A DNA stretch of 64,000 nt, taken from contig OZ241867.1 of NCBI GenBank assembly GCA_965203175.1, forward strand, positions 3,552,001-3,616,000, read 5' to 3'. This DNA comes from Candidatus Latescibacterota bacterium (GTDB lineage Bacteria; Latescibacterota; UBA2968; UBA8231). Below the pieces are notes generated by a model. The model was not told the origin of the DNA and did no database searches. It saw only the letters and a list, made by a program, of their open reading frames with translations. This document shows, in pieces, positions 40,404-53,673 of this stretch (the first letter of the stretch is position 1; every line of letters begins with the position of its first letter). A program made the position numbers and the translations under genes.

Positions 40404-41027
40404 GTGCTCGTGCAGGAGTTGGCCACGCGCTTGGAGGCATTGTGCCAAGCCAAGGGAGTAGAGAAATTCTCGGCTGAAGAGATAGTCGAGCTGTTATCAG
40501 ACGGTGAAGAGGTAGATTGGATCGTCGATCAAGTGCTGCCGACGGCGGATGAGGTCGATCGCAGCGAAATGGGCCAAGTACTGGCCGAAATCGCCGCTGC
40601 GGTGGCTCCTGGTCCCGACGCGGATACAGACGACGAAGAACCTGCCTCGGTGGAGGAGTTGGACTTGGCCCAACTCCAGCAAGCCCTACCGCCCGGAGTT
40701 GACGTGCAGCAAGTCGAGGAAATGCTGCGCTCGCCCCAGGGAGCCTTGCTGGCCGATTTTAGCGCTTTTTGCCAAGAGCGCGGGTTTGATGGCGAGTTGG
40801 GTGAAGCGGAGATGAGCGAGGCCATGCGGGAATTGCACGAGGAGTGGTTGCAGACGCCACGTCCCGCGCTAGAAGGCGAAAAACCGGCCGCGGTGCTGGA
40901 CGGAGGTAGGCTCTTTCCCGGTAAGGTAGAGACCTTTCGCCGCGAAACCCCCAAGGTCGGCCGCAACGACCCGTGTCCTTGCGGCAGCGGCAAGAAGTTC
41001 AAAAGATGCTGCGGCAAGGCCGCTTAA
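40404..41027 (+). CDS. SEC-C motif protein
   Basis: C-terminal [20 protein letters not shown]. Confidence 0.85.
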   Translation: MLVQELATRLEALCQAKGVEKFSAEEIVELLSDGEEVDWIVDQVLPTADEVDRSEMGQVLAEIAAAVAPGPDADTDDEEPASVEELDLAQLQQALPPGVDVQQVEEMLRSPQGALLADFSAFCQERGFDGELGEAEMSEAMRELHEEWLQTPRPALEGEKPAAVLDGGRLFPGKVETFRRETPKVGRNDPCPCGSGKKFKRCCGKAA

Positions 41028-41028
41028 G

Positions 41029-41571
41029 ATGGCCCAGATCTGCCCCTCTACGGCCATTGAAGGAGTCTACATTACCGAGCTACAGTCGCACGGCGACGAG
41101 CGGGGCCGCTTTACCGAGGTGTATCGCAAGGAGTGGTTTCCCCAGCGCGGCTGGGATGCTTTGCAGTGGAGCCGCTCGGAGTCGCAACAGGGGGTGCTGC
41201 GCGGCTTGCACTATCACCACCGCCAAGTTGACTACTGGCACTGCGGGATGGGTGCGCTGCGCGTCGGCCTGTTCGACCTGCGCTGCAGTTCGCCGACGCG
41301 CGGTCAGGGGCAGGTCATCGAATTAGACCAAGAGGTATTGCGGGGCGTCTTTATTCCGGCGGGGGTTGCGCATGGCTTTTACGCAGTCACCGACGCGATG
41401 CTTTTCTACTTGGTCGATTTCTATTACGACGGCACGGACGAATGGGGCGTGGCTTGGGACGATCCCGATGTGGGGTTGGACTGGGGGATTGAGGGGGGGC
41501 CGATTCTCTCGCCGCGCGACCAAAATAATCCGCGACTGCGGGATATTTCCGCCGAGGATTTGCCCAATTAG
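41029..41571 (+). CDS. rfbC: dTDP-4-dehydrorhamnose 3,5-epimerase
   Basis: DERGRF, GVLRGLH, DLRCSSPT, AHGF, WDDP. Confidence 0.9.
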   Translation: MAQICPSTAIEGVYITELQSHGDERGRFTEVYRKEWFPQRGWDALQWSRSESQQGVLRGLHYHHRQVDYWHCGMGALRVGLFDLRCSSPTRGQGQVIELDQEVLRGVFIPAGVAHGFYAVTDAMLFYLVDFYYDGTDEWGVAWDDPDVGLDWGIEGGPILSPRDQNNPRLRDISAEDLPN

Positions 41572-41597
41572 AACTTATCTCAAAACTAAATTATGCT

Positions 41598-42113
41598 ATG
41601 ACCCGACTTGAACTTGCTCACCGCATCTATCAGACCGCTCACCTGCGCGGCCAATTTACTTTGCGCTCAGGCGCGACAGCCACAGAGTATTTCGACAAAT
41701 ATCAGTTTGAGACCCATCCCGAACTCCTCCGCGTACTCGCCACCCACCTCCAGCCCTTAATTCCCGACGACACAGACATTCTCGCAGGTCTCGAACTCGG
41801 TGGGGTGCCCATCGCCACCATGCTTGCTCAGCTTTCGGGATTGCCCACCTGCTTCGTGCGCAAACAGGCCAAAGAATATGGCACCTGCAAACTCGCCGAA
41901 GGCCCCGACATTGCTGGCAAAAATCTGCTGATTGTTGAAGATGTCGTCACGTCCGGTGGACAAATTGCTCTTTCCGCCCAAGATCTGCGCAACCTTGGCG
42001 CAGAGGTTTCACAGGCCATCTGCGTGATCGACCGCGAATCCGGTGGCACCGAGAGCCTAGCCCGAGAAGGCATTGAACTCCACGCTCTGTTTCGGATGAG
42101 CGAACTGAAATAA
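41598..42113 (+). CDS. pyrE: Orotate phosphoribosyltransferase
   Basis: FTLRSG, RKQAKEYG, VEDVVTSG. Confidence 0.92.
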   Translation: MTRLELAHRIYQTAHLRGQFTLRSGATATEYFDKYQFETHPELLRVLATHLQPLIPDDTDILAGLELGGVPIATMLAQLSGLPTCFVRKQAKEYGTCKLAEGPDIAGKNLLIVEDVVTSGGQIALSAQDLRNLGAEVSQAICVIDRESGGTESLAREGIELHALFRMSELK

Positions 42114-42126
42114 CACCGTTCATGGC

Positions 42127-42164
42127 ACAAAAAAGGGGGCCTCGGCCGAGGCCCCCTTTTTTGT
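42127..42164. terminator. Bidirectional intrinsic terminator (perfect 38-bp palindrome)
   Basis: ACAAAAAAGGGGGCCTCGG|CCGAGGCCCCCTTTTTTGT between convergent pyrE and smc. Confidence 0.9.
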
Positions 42165-42183
42165 CGGTACGCTTCCGCTCTGA

Positions 42184-45100
42184 CTATCCCGCTGCTGCGG
42201 CTTCTAATTCATCGCCCTCGACTCGCACCGAAACGAGTTGAGAAACTCCTTCTTCGGGCATGGTGACGCCGTGCAAGGCGTCGGCTTCCGCCATGGTGAT
42301 CTTGTTGTGCGTCACGACGACGAATTGCGTCTCGCGGGCAAATTCCTTGAGCACGCGCACGAAGCGGCTGATGTTGGCGTCGTCGAGCGGGGCATCGACT
42401 TCATCGAGGATGCAGAACGGGCTGGGCTTGACTTGGTAGATGGCAAAGAGCAGGGCGATGGCCGTCAGCGCCCGCTCGCCGCCCGACAGCAGGGCAATGT
42501 TTTGCAGGCGCTTGCCGCGGGGGCGGGCGATGATGTCGATTTGGGCCTCTAGGGCATCGACGTTTTCTTCGAGGCGGAGATCGGCTTCGCCGCCGGGGAA
42601 GAAGCGGACAAAGGTCTCTTTGAACTTCTCGCGGATCTGCTCGAAAGACTGGAGGAATATCCGCCGCGCCGTGCGGTCGATCAGGCTGAGGGTTTTCTTC
42701 AGATCCTCGGCGGCGATTACTAGATCGTCGCGCTGTTGGCGGAGAAAGTCGTAGCGCTCCTTTTGCTCTTGGTGTTCTTCCAATACGCCTAGGTGGCCTG
42801 AACCCAAGCGGTGTAGGGACTGACGCAACTGGTCGATGCGCTGTTGCGTGGCTTCCTCGTCGATGGCTTCGTCGAGCGGCCCCATAGCCGCAACATCGCA
42901 GTGATACTCCTCCTGCAGGCGTTCGCGAATGTGCTGGGTCTGGAACTTTAGCTCGGAGATGCGCACTTCGAGGTTCGTGCGGCGCTCGCGCTGCTCGTTG
43001 AGCTGCCGCTGCAAGTGGCTGATGTGTTCCTGTAACTCGCGGTTTTGGGTATTGGCCGCGGCCCAGTGCTGACGGCGCTGGTCTTGCTCGGTGACCAAGG
43101 TCTCGCGGCCTTGGTGTAGTCCTTTGAGTTCGTCTGTTAAGGCGGCGCTGCGCTCACTGCACTCGGTCTGTTGGCGCTCGGCCTCGGTCGCCTCAGCCGC
43201 TAGGCGCGTGATGTTATTGTGCAGATTGGCGTCGATGTTTTTTAGGCGCTCGGCGTCTCGCTCTAGCCCTTGAACGAGTTCGGCGGTGCGGGCGTGTTCC
43301 ACTTGGAGGGTGCCTAGTGCTTCGCGCCGCTCGCGTCGACGGGTTTCGCTCTGTTTGAGGTCTTCTTCCAAGGCGCTGCTTTCCTCGCTGAGACGAGTGC
43401 TCTCGGCCTCGTTGTGGCGCAGGTGCTCGGCTTGTTCGGCAATGCTTTGGTCGAGGGCTTGGCGGCGCTTGGCCAAGCTGGTGCTTTCGCCGTGGAGTTG
43501 CTCCAGGCGCGCGGCGAGCCGCTCGGCGTCGGTGTGGGCGCGCTGGTGCTGGTGAACCTGCTCGCGTTCCTTGGTGCGCCAAGTTTCGTTCTCGGCGGCT
43601 AGATCTTCTAGACGTTGTGCGAGCGCAGCGAGCTGGTCTGCGAGTGCAGCGAGCCGAGGACCGATGGCTGCGTAGCGAGCTTTTTGGTGGGCGACGAGCG
43701 AGCGCAGGGTGCGGATTTCTCGCCCGCGGCCGAGGACGCCCGAGTCTTCGGCTTGGCTCTGGCCGCCCGATGCGAGGCCAAAGAGATCGACGGCGTCGCC
43801 ATCGGCCGTGACGCAGCGCACGTAGGCATCCGGGTAGCGGCGCGTCAGGTCCAACGCGGTTTGTAGGTCGTCTACTAGAAAGGTGTTGTGCAAGAGGCTA
43901 GCAACTAGGGAGGCGATGGAGGCTTCGGGTTGCACGTAGTCCAAGAGCGGACCGCGTAATCCGGGCATGGGATCTGGGGTCAAAGCCGGGCCGAGGGTGC
44001 GAGGAGGGGCCTCTAGCGAGAGGATGCCGACGCGCCCGGAACGCTCTCGGAGATGGGCAATGCCTTTGAGCAAGCCGCTGTCCGAATCGGCGATCAATGC
44101 TTGGAGCGACTCGCCGAGGGCGACCTCGACCGCGCGGGCGTGTTCTGCTTCGACTTCGACTAGGTCGCCGAGGACGCCGCGGAAGAGGGCGGCGTGGGGC
44201 GATTCGAGCATCAAGGTGCGGACCCCGCTCTGATAGCCTTGGTAGCCGGCGCGGACTTTTTCGAGGACTTGCAGCCGCGCTTGGTTGGCTTCAGCGGCGC
44301 GCCGGGCCGCATCGCGTTGTTCGCCGAGTTCGCGGAGGTCCTTCTCGGTTTGGTCGCGAGCGGCGAGAACCGTGGCGCGCTGTTGTTGGCAGGTGGATAG
44401 CTGCTGCCGAGTTTCGGCGAGGGCGGCTTCGGCGGCTCCGGCCGCTTGTAGGGCTTGGTCGCGTTCGGCTGTGGCCGCGTCCTCTTCGCCGCGCATGGCA
44501 ACCGCGCGTTCGTCGAGCGCGTCGCGCTCGGCCTGTTGGCGCTCGAGCGCGCGGCTTATTTCGCCCCCTTGGCGCAGATGCTCCATGCGCCCGCGCTGGC
44601 GTTGGTCCAGCTCAGCTCGGTAGCTGTCGTATTCTTCTTCGGCCTGAGTGGCGCGCTGCTGGTGAGCTTGTAATTCTCGCTCTATTTGCACGAAGGCCGC
44701 CCGCGCTTCGTCGAGATGCGTGGTATTGTCGCGTCGCTGCTGTTGTACGGCTTCGAGTTGGCTAGTGTAATCAGCGCGCTCGCGGGCCGTGCGTTCGCGG
44801 ATTTGTTCGGCTGCCTCGCGCCGCTCGCGCACGGCCACGAGGAGCTGTTCGCGCTCGTGGATGGCTTCGATGCGGCGATTGAGTTCAAGACCCGCTTCCT
44901 GCATGGCCTTTTCGGCCTCGGTCAGCGCGAGGCGCGCCTTTTCGAGTTCAGTCTCGCGGCTGGTGAAGCGGGTATTGCCTTCTTCGGCCGCCTTGCTAAG
45001 TGCGGCGAATTCGTCTTGCAACGGGGAGATTTGGACACTTAGGGCGAAGAAGCGCTGGCACCCCAAGCGCACATCGAGTTGGTCCAGTTCCCTTTTGAGT

Positions 45101-45750
45101 GCTCGGTAGCGGTGCGCCCGGCCCACTTGACGACTGAGACTGTCAACTTGGCGTTTGACCTCGGTGATGATGTCTTCGATCCGCTGTAGATCGGCTTGGG
45201 TGGCCTCTAGGCGGTTCCGCGTGGAGCGCCGCCGAACCTTGTACTTGGTGATACCGGCGGCCTCTTCGAGGATGCGGCGGCGGTTCTCGGTCTTATCGCT
45301 GATGATTTCATCGACCATGCCCTGCTCCATTACCGCATAAGCGCCTTGGCCGAGGCCGGTGTCCATGAGCAGGTTGGTGATGTCCAAGAGGCGGCAGGGA
45401 ATTTTGTTGAGGAGATAATCGCTTTCGCCGGAGCGGAAAAGACGCCGGGTCAGCACGACCTCGGCAAATTCGACGGGCAGCGCGTTATCGCGGTTTTCAA
45501 TCGCCAGCGCGACTTCGGCCATGCCGAGGGCCTTGCGCTGGCGGGTGCCGGCAAAGATCACGTCCTCCATGCGCTGGCTGCGGAAAGAACCGGCGCGCTG
45601 TTCGCCCAAGACCCAGCGAATGGCCTCTACCACGTTGGACTTGCCGCAGCCGTTGGGGCCGACGATGGCCGTAATGCCCGGCTCGAAGGGAATGACGATC
45701 TTTTGGGCGAAGGACTTAAAGCCAAAAATCTCGAGTTGATTGAGGCGCAC
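42184..45750 (-). CDS. smc: Chromosome segregation protein SMC
   Basis: GFKSF, GPNGCGKSN, coiled coils + hinge, LSGGE, LDEVDAPLD. Confidence 0.97.
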   Translation of the reverse strand: MRLNQLEIFGFKSFAQKIVIPFEPGITAIVGPNGCGKSNVVEAIRWVLGEQRAGSFRSQRMEDVIFAGTRQRKALGMAEVALAIENRDNALPVEFAEVVLTRRLFRSGESDYLLNKIPCRLLDITNLLMDTGLGQGAYAVMEQGMVDEIISDKTENRRRILEEAAGITKYKVRRRSTRNRLEATQADLQRIEDIITEVKRQVDSLSRQVGRAHRYRALKRELDQLDVRLGCQRFFALSVQISPLQDEFAALSKAAEEGNTRFTSRETELEKARLALTEAEKAMQEAGLELNRRIEAIHEREQLLVAVRERREAAEQIRERTARERADYTSQLEAVQQQRRDNTTHLDEARAAFVQIERELQAHQQRATQAEEEYDSYRAELDQRQRGRMEHLRQGGEISRALERQQAERDALDERAVAMRGEEDAATAERDQALQAAGAAEAALAETRQQLSTCQQQRATVLAARDQTEKDLRELGEQRDAARRAAEANQARLQVLEKVRAGYQGYQSGVRTLMLESPHAALFRGVLGDLVEVEAEHARAVEVALGESLQALIADSDSGLLKGIAHLRERSGRVGILSLEAPPRTLGPALTPDPMPGLRGPLLDYVQPEASIASLVASLLHNTFLVDDLQTALDLTRRYPDAYVRCVTADGDAVDLFGLASGGQSQAEDSGVLGRGREIRTLRSLVAHQKARYAAIGPRLAALADQLAALAQRLEDLAAENETWRTKEREQVHQHQRAHTDAERLAARLEQLHGESTSLAKRRQALDQSIAEQAEHLRHNEAESTRLSEESSALEEDLKQSETRRRERREALGTLQVEHARTAELVQGLERDAERLKNIDANLHNNITRLAAEATEAERQQTECSERSAALTDELKGLHQGRETLVTEQDQRRQHWAAANTQNRELQEHISHLQRQLNEQRERRTNLEVRISELKFQTQHIRERLQEEYHCDVAAMGPLDEAIDEEATQQRIDQLRQSLHRLGSGHLGVLEEHQEQKERYDFLRQQRDDLVIAAEDLKKTLSLIDRTARRIFLQSFEQIREKFKETFVRFFPGGEADLRLEENVDALEAQIDIIARPRGKRLQNIALLSGGERALTAIALLFAIYQVKPSPFCILDEVDAPLDDANISRFVRVLKEFARETQFVVVTHNKITMAEADALHGVTMPEEGVSQLVSVRVEGDELEAAAAG

Positions 45751-45901
45751 GGTCTAGCTCCTGCCGGGCGCTGGGGAGGGGGCGCTCCGCTGGGGGAGAA
45801 GGTAAGAGACGGGCGATGCTAGAGGAGTAAGAAACGGCCTGGGGAAAGGCCGTGTTTTAAGTACTCAAAAACGAGAAACGCTGTCAAGGCATGTGCTGCT
45901 G

Positions 45902-46390
45902 TTAGAAATCCAGCGCCGAGTCATCGACTGTGGCTGGATCGTCTTCCTTACCCATGGCGATGATGTGTTCGGCGGTGATTTCCTGGCGGCCGGCGTATCC
46001 GGCGTTCAGTTCGTGCCAATAGGCGACTCGGGGTTCGCCGCGCTGCCAGCACAACAGGACCCAGCGGCCTTGATAGGTTGTGGGGAAGTCTAAGAGACCG
46101 CGTTCGAGGCCGCCGACGGGGAAGCGAATGCCCTCGGCGATGATTTCCTCGGCGACGATGCGCTTGATGTCGATGATTAGATCGTTGATGCGCTGGCGGT
46201 GCTGGTCGAAGGCGTCGCGGTCGGGATTGGTGCTGCGGGCGACTGCTTGGCCCCAGAGCGCATCGAGAATTTGCAACTGTTGGTTGTGATGGCGGACAGC
46301 CCCCTTTTTGACCTCTATGCGTTGGAGGACGTCCTCTAGCTGAGGCAGCTTGGCGTTGGCCTCTTCAATGGTAAATGCCTTGCGCGTCAT
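45902..46390 (-). CDS. DUF2203 family protein
   Basis: FTIEEANAKLP, GLLDFP, LCWQRGE, WHELNAGYAGR. Confidence 0.85.
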   Translation of the reverse strand: MTRKAFTIEEANAKLPQLEDVLQRIEVKKGAVRHHNQQLQILDALWGQAVARSTNPDRDAFDQHRQRINDLIIDIKRIVAEEIIAEGIRFPVGGLERGLLDFPTTYQGRWVLLCWQRGEPRVAYWHELNAGYAGRQEITAEHIIAMGKEDDPATVDDSALDF

Positions 46391-46568
46391 GAGATTTGCG
46401 AGCTGAGAGTTTTGGCTCGTGTTGTGGCAAAGTATAGGCATTGGGCTACTGCGCTACAAGCCCTTGCGCTACCCTTGGCGATGCGTGATATTTAACACTG
46501 TTTTACGACGTGAAAGGGGTCGGCGTAGCCAGCCCCGTCTTTTTTTGGTCTAAGTTCGAAATTTACCT

Positions 46569-46856
46569 ATGGCGGTTACTATAGAAGAGGTCCACGGGGT
46601 CGCCGAGTTGGCGCGGTTGCGCTTTTCTCCTGCAGAGGAGGAAAGGCTAGCTGGGGAACTCAACCGCATCTTGCGCTACATGGATAAGCTCAACGAGCTA
46701 GACACCACCGGCGTAGAGCCAACGTCTCACGTGCTGCCGCTGGCCAATGCGTTTCGCCGCGACGAGGCAACGCCCTTTCCCGCGACGGATGAGATCGCTG
46801 CGGCGGCCCCGCAGCGACAAGAGGATTATTTCAAGGTTCCGAGAATCATCGATTGA
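46569..46856 (+). CDS. gatC: Asp/Glu-tRNA amidotransferase subunit C
   Basis: VAELARL, LNELDTTGVEPT, YFKVPRII. Confidence 0.92.
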   Translation: MAVTIEEVHGVAELARLRFSPAEEERLAGELNRILRYMDKLNELDTTGVEPTSHVLPLANAFRRDEATPFPATDEIAAAAPQRQEDYFKVPRIID

Positions 46857-46858
46857 CT

Positions 46859-46898
46859 AAAGAAGCGGGGGCAGGCCACTGTCGCCGCTTCTTTGTTT
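46859..46898 (+). terminator. Intrinsic terminator-like hairpin between gatC and pyrG
   Basis: AAAGAAGCGG / CCGCTTCTTT stem followed by GTTT. Confidence 0.6.
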
Positions 46899-46904
46899 GG
46901 GTAG

Positions 46905-50544
<3,640 letters not shown>

Positions 50545-50545
50545 G

Positions 50546-51277
50546 GTGGCATTGAAAACGCGCGCATTGAGCAAGCGCTACGGGGGCCGGGCCGTCGTCG
50601 ACGAGGTCAGCATCCGCGTCGAGCCAGGGGAGGTCGTCGGCCTGTTGGGGCCCAATGGCGCGGGCAAGACCACGACCTTTCACAGCATCGTTGGCTTTGC
50701 CGCGCCGGACGGGGGCCGCATTTTGCTCGACGGTGCGGACATCACCGGGCTGCCGATGTATCGCCGCGCGCAAATGGGCATTGGTTACCTGCCGCAGGAG
50801 ACCTCTATTTTTCGCAAGCTGAGCGTGGCTGACAACATCCGCGCAGTCTTGGAGGCACGAGGAGTCAACAAAGCGCACATTGCCGCGCGCCAACGGCAGC
50901 TACTCACTGAACTAGACTTGTTAGAGCGCGCCGACCAGCGTGCCGACACGCTTTCGGGCGGTGAGACGCGCCGGGTCGAGATCGCGCGGGCCTTGGCCTG
51001 CGAGCCTAGCTACATGCTCCTCGACGAGCCTTTTGCCGGCATCGATCCGCGCACGATAGAAGACATCCAGAACATCATTGCCGAACTAAGAAGCCGAGGC
51101 TTGGGCGTGCTGATTACCGATCACAACGTGCGCGAGACTTTGGAAATCGCCGCGCGCGCCTATATCCTAGTGGATGGCAAGATTTTAACGGCGGGCACGG
51201 CCGAGGAGCTAATTGCCAATGAGCAGGTGCGGCGGATCTATCTCGGCGAGCGTTTTAGCTGGCGGGTTGATCAGTAG
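50546..51277 (+). CDS. lptB: LPS export ABC transporter ATPase
   Basis: GPNGAGKTT, YLPQETSIFRKL, LSGGE, DEPFAGIDP, TDHNVRETL. Confidence 0.95.
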   Translation: MALKTRALSKRYGGRAVVDEVSIRVEPGEVVGLLGPNGAGKTTTFHSIVGFAAPDGGRILLDGADITGLPMYRRAQMGIGYLPQETSIFRKLSVADNIRAVLEARGVNKAHIAARQRQLLTELDLLERADQRADTLSGGETRRVEIARALACEPSYMLLDEPFAGIDPRTIEDIQNIIAELRSRGLGVLITDHNVRETLEIAARAYILVDGKILTAGTAEELIANEQVRRIYLGERFSWRVDQ

Positions 51278-51387
51278 GTGCGCCTGTGCTTACACCTTGA
51301 CTTTTCCCGCTGCACGGGCTTGTTTTTACAGTTGCTATTAGAATGGACAATTATTTTATAAGTAATTAATTTACAATAATTTATTAA

Positions 51388-52857
51388 ATGCTTCGTCCCG
51401 AACAAAATACTAGTTTGCGCCTCCAGCAAAAGATGGCACCGCAGCTCATCCAATCGCTGCGACTGTTGCAGATGTCCACCTTGGATTTGACGCTAGAGGT
51501 CAAGCAGCAGCTCGAGCTCAATCCCTTGCTCGAAGAGGCCGTCGAACTGCGCGAAGAAGAGGAAGCGGAACTGCGCGAGCGGGAGGAGGAGGGGATCAAG
51601 GAAGAGGAGGAACTGCCTGCGGACATGGAGGAGGTCGATTGGGATGCGCTGTTGGGCGACCAGTTCGACGCGGGTGCGTACAATAGCGAGCGCACGGAAT
51701 ACGATTCCAATTGGGAGACTGATCGCGAGCCGCAGGAAAACCGCATCACTGCCATGCCGCCCCTGTTAGAGCACCTGTACCATCAGCTAGGCGAGATTGG
51801 CGATTTAGGGCCGGAAGAGCGCGCCATTGCCGAGTACATCATCGGCAATATCGACGAGCGCGGTTACGTCGGCTGTTCGCTCGCCGAGATCGCCGAGGAT
51901 CTACAAGTGGAAGTGGCCACGGTCGAAAAGGTGCTGCGCGTCATTCAGACGTTCGACCCACCTGGGGTCGGCGCGCGCGACTTGCGCGAGTGTTTGATGA
52001 TCCAGTTGAGCCAGCGCGCCGACCCGCTTAGCAAGCTGGCCTTGCAGGTGGTGCGCGACCACCTGGAGGACTTGACGCGGCGGCGTCTGCGCGATATAAC
52101 CCGCGCTTTGGACATCTCCAACGAGAAGCTCAAAGAGGTTTTGCAGGTGATCGAGCGCTTACAGCCGCATCCGGGCCTGTTGGCGAGCAGCGACTACGAC
52201 AAGCTCTTGACGCTGGATACAGAGGTCGCGTACATCACGCCGGACCTAGTTGTCGAAAAGATTGGCGAGGAGTGGGTCGCGGCGCTGGCCGATGGGTCCA
52301 TGCCGTCCTTGAGGATCAATTCTGAGTACCAGCACCTGCTCAACAATTCCCGTGGCGGCAAGGACGCGGTCAAGGACTACGTGTCCAAGAATCTCAACGA
52401 CGCCCGCTGGCTCATCAACGCCATCCACCAGCGCCGCACGACCATGCTCAAGGTGGCCAATTACCTGTTGCAGGCGCAGTTGCCCTTTTTCGAGGAGGGG
52501 CCGACGCGGCTGCGGCCCATGGTCTTGCAGGATGTGGCCGACGCGGTGGGGATGCACGTATCGACGATTAGCCGGGTCAGCAACGGCAAGTACGTGCAGA
52601 CGCCGCACGGGGTCTTTGAACTGAAGTACTTCTTCGACAACAAGCTCAGTACGGACGAAGGCGAAGACGTGTCCGTGCGCTCGGTGAAGGAAAAGATTTC
52701 GCAACTCGTCGCTGATGAGGACAAGGTCCGGCCGCTTTCGGATCAACAGATTGTCGAGGAGCTGAGCAAGGGCGGCTTGAAAATTGCGCGGCGGACGGTG
52801 GCCAAATACCGCGATCAGCTAAAAATTCCTTCGCAGCGGTATCGCAGGGAGCTGTAG
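51388..52857 (+). CDS. rpoN: RNA polymerase sigma-54 factor
   Basis: PQLIQSLRLLQ, NPLLE, HVSTISR, RpoN box ARRTVAKYR. Confidence 0.97.
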   Translation: MLRPEQNTSLRLQQKMAPQLIQSLRLLQMSTLDLTLEVKQQLELNPLLEEAVELREEEEAELREREEEGIKEEEELPADMEEVDWDALLGDQFDAGAYNSERTEYDSNWETDREPQENRITAMPPLLEHLYHQLGEIGDLGPEERAIAEYIIGNIDERGYVGCSLAEIAEDLQVEVATVEKVLRVIQTFDPPGVGARDLRECLMIQLSQRADPLSKLALQVVRDHLEDLTRRRLRDITRALDISNEKLKEVLQVIERLQPHPGLLASSDYDKLLTLDTEVAYITPDLVVEKIGEEWVAALADGSMPSLRINSEYQHLLNNSRGGKDAVKDYVSKNLNDARWLINAIHQRRTTMLKVANYLLQAQLPFFEEGPTRLRPMVLQDVADAVGMHVSTISRVSNGKYVQTPHGVFELKYFFDNKLSTDEGEDVSVRSVKEKISQLVADEDKVRPLSDQQIVEELSKGGLKIARRTVAKYRDQLKIPSQRYRREL

Positions 52858-52867
52858 GCGCGTCTTT

Positions 52868-53050
52868 CTACGCACTCCCTTTCTTCCGCCCGACGATCAA
52901 CAAATGCGCGGGCATTTTCTCCAGCCACTGTTCGTCCCCGATTTGCTCTCCGTATTCGACGACTTCGACGATGCAGCAGCCGCCATTGATGGCGGCCTGC
53001 ACGTGGTCGGCAACCGTCCAGTGGTATTCAAATGTCGTTGCCCTCTCGAC
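52868..53050 (-). pseudogene. C-terminal remnant of a class I methyltransferase-like gene
   Basis: FEYHWTVADHVQAAINGG..IVEVVEY...MPAHLLIVGRK without an N-terminal SAM motif. Confidence 0.45.
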
Positions 53051-53184
53051 GGCTGCTGGCTGCCGGTCGCCGTTATCGCGGAGGGATTGGCGACAAAAAT
53101 CCACTGCACAGTAACACCCCGCACCACTGGCGGTGTTTAAGTAATACATCGCCAGATGGTATTACTGTGAGAAGGAGACCTCCC

Positions 53185-53637
53185 TTGGCAAGACTTCTGC
53201 TAGCTCTTTTTTTAGCCACTGGCTGCTACCATGGACCCTACAGAGGCATCTTAGGCGGCGGCATTGACACCATCGCCATCCCCTTTGTGGGCAACCAGAC
53301 GGCCGAATACGCCGCTGCCGATAGCCTGCTACAAGCCACGGTCGTGGCATTCCGCGAGGACGGGCAGTTGCGCTTGGCCGACGAGGGAGGGGCCGACGCC
53401 ATCCTCTTGCTGGACATCCTCTCCGTTGATGATCGCATCCACTGGGATAGGTTACTGGGTCAATACCGGTTTTCTATGGTGGTCTCCGTCGAAATAAAAT
53501 CCTTTGAGGGGGCGGGGCTGCTGAGGCAATACGAGTCGGTAGGGCGGGGAACGTATGAAGCCGACGACGAGCGAGACAAAGCTATAGGCAAGGCCGCGAG
53601 AATGGTGGCCGCAGACATTGTAGGCCGCGCGCAATGA
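53185..53637 (+). CDS. lptE: LptE-like LPS assembly lipoprotein
   Basis: SD AAGGAG, lipobox ATGC-Y, IDTIAIPFVGNQTAEY. Confidence 0.7.
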   Translation: MARLLLALFLATGCYHGPYRGILGGGIDTIAIPFVGNQTAEYAAADSLLQATVVAFREDGQLRLADEGGADAILLLDILSVDDRIHWDRLLGQYRFSMVVSVEIKSFEGAGLLRQYESVGRGTYEADDERDKAIGKAARMVAADIVGRAQ

Positions 53638-53673
53638 ATACAAAGCCCAAAAGGCCCGATTGGCTTGGTGTCG

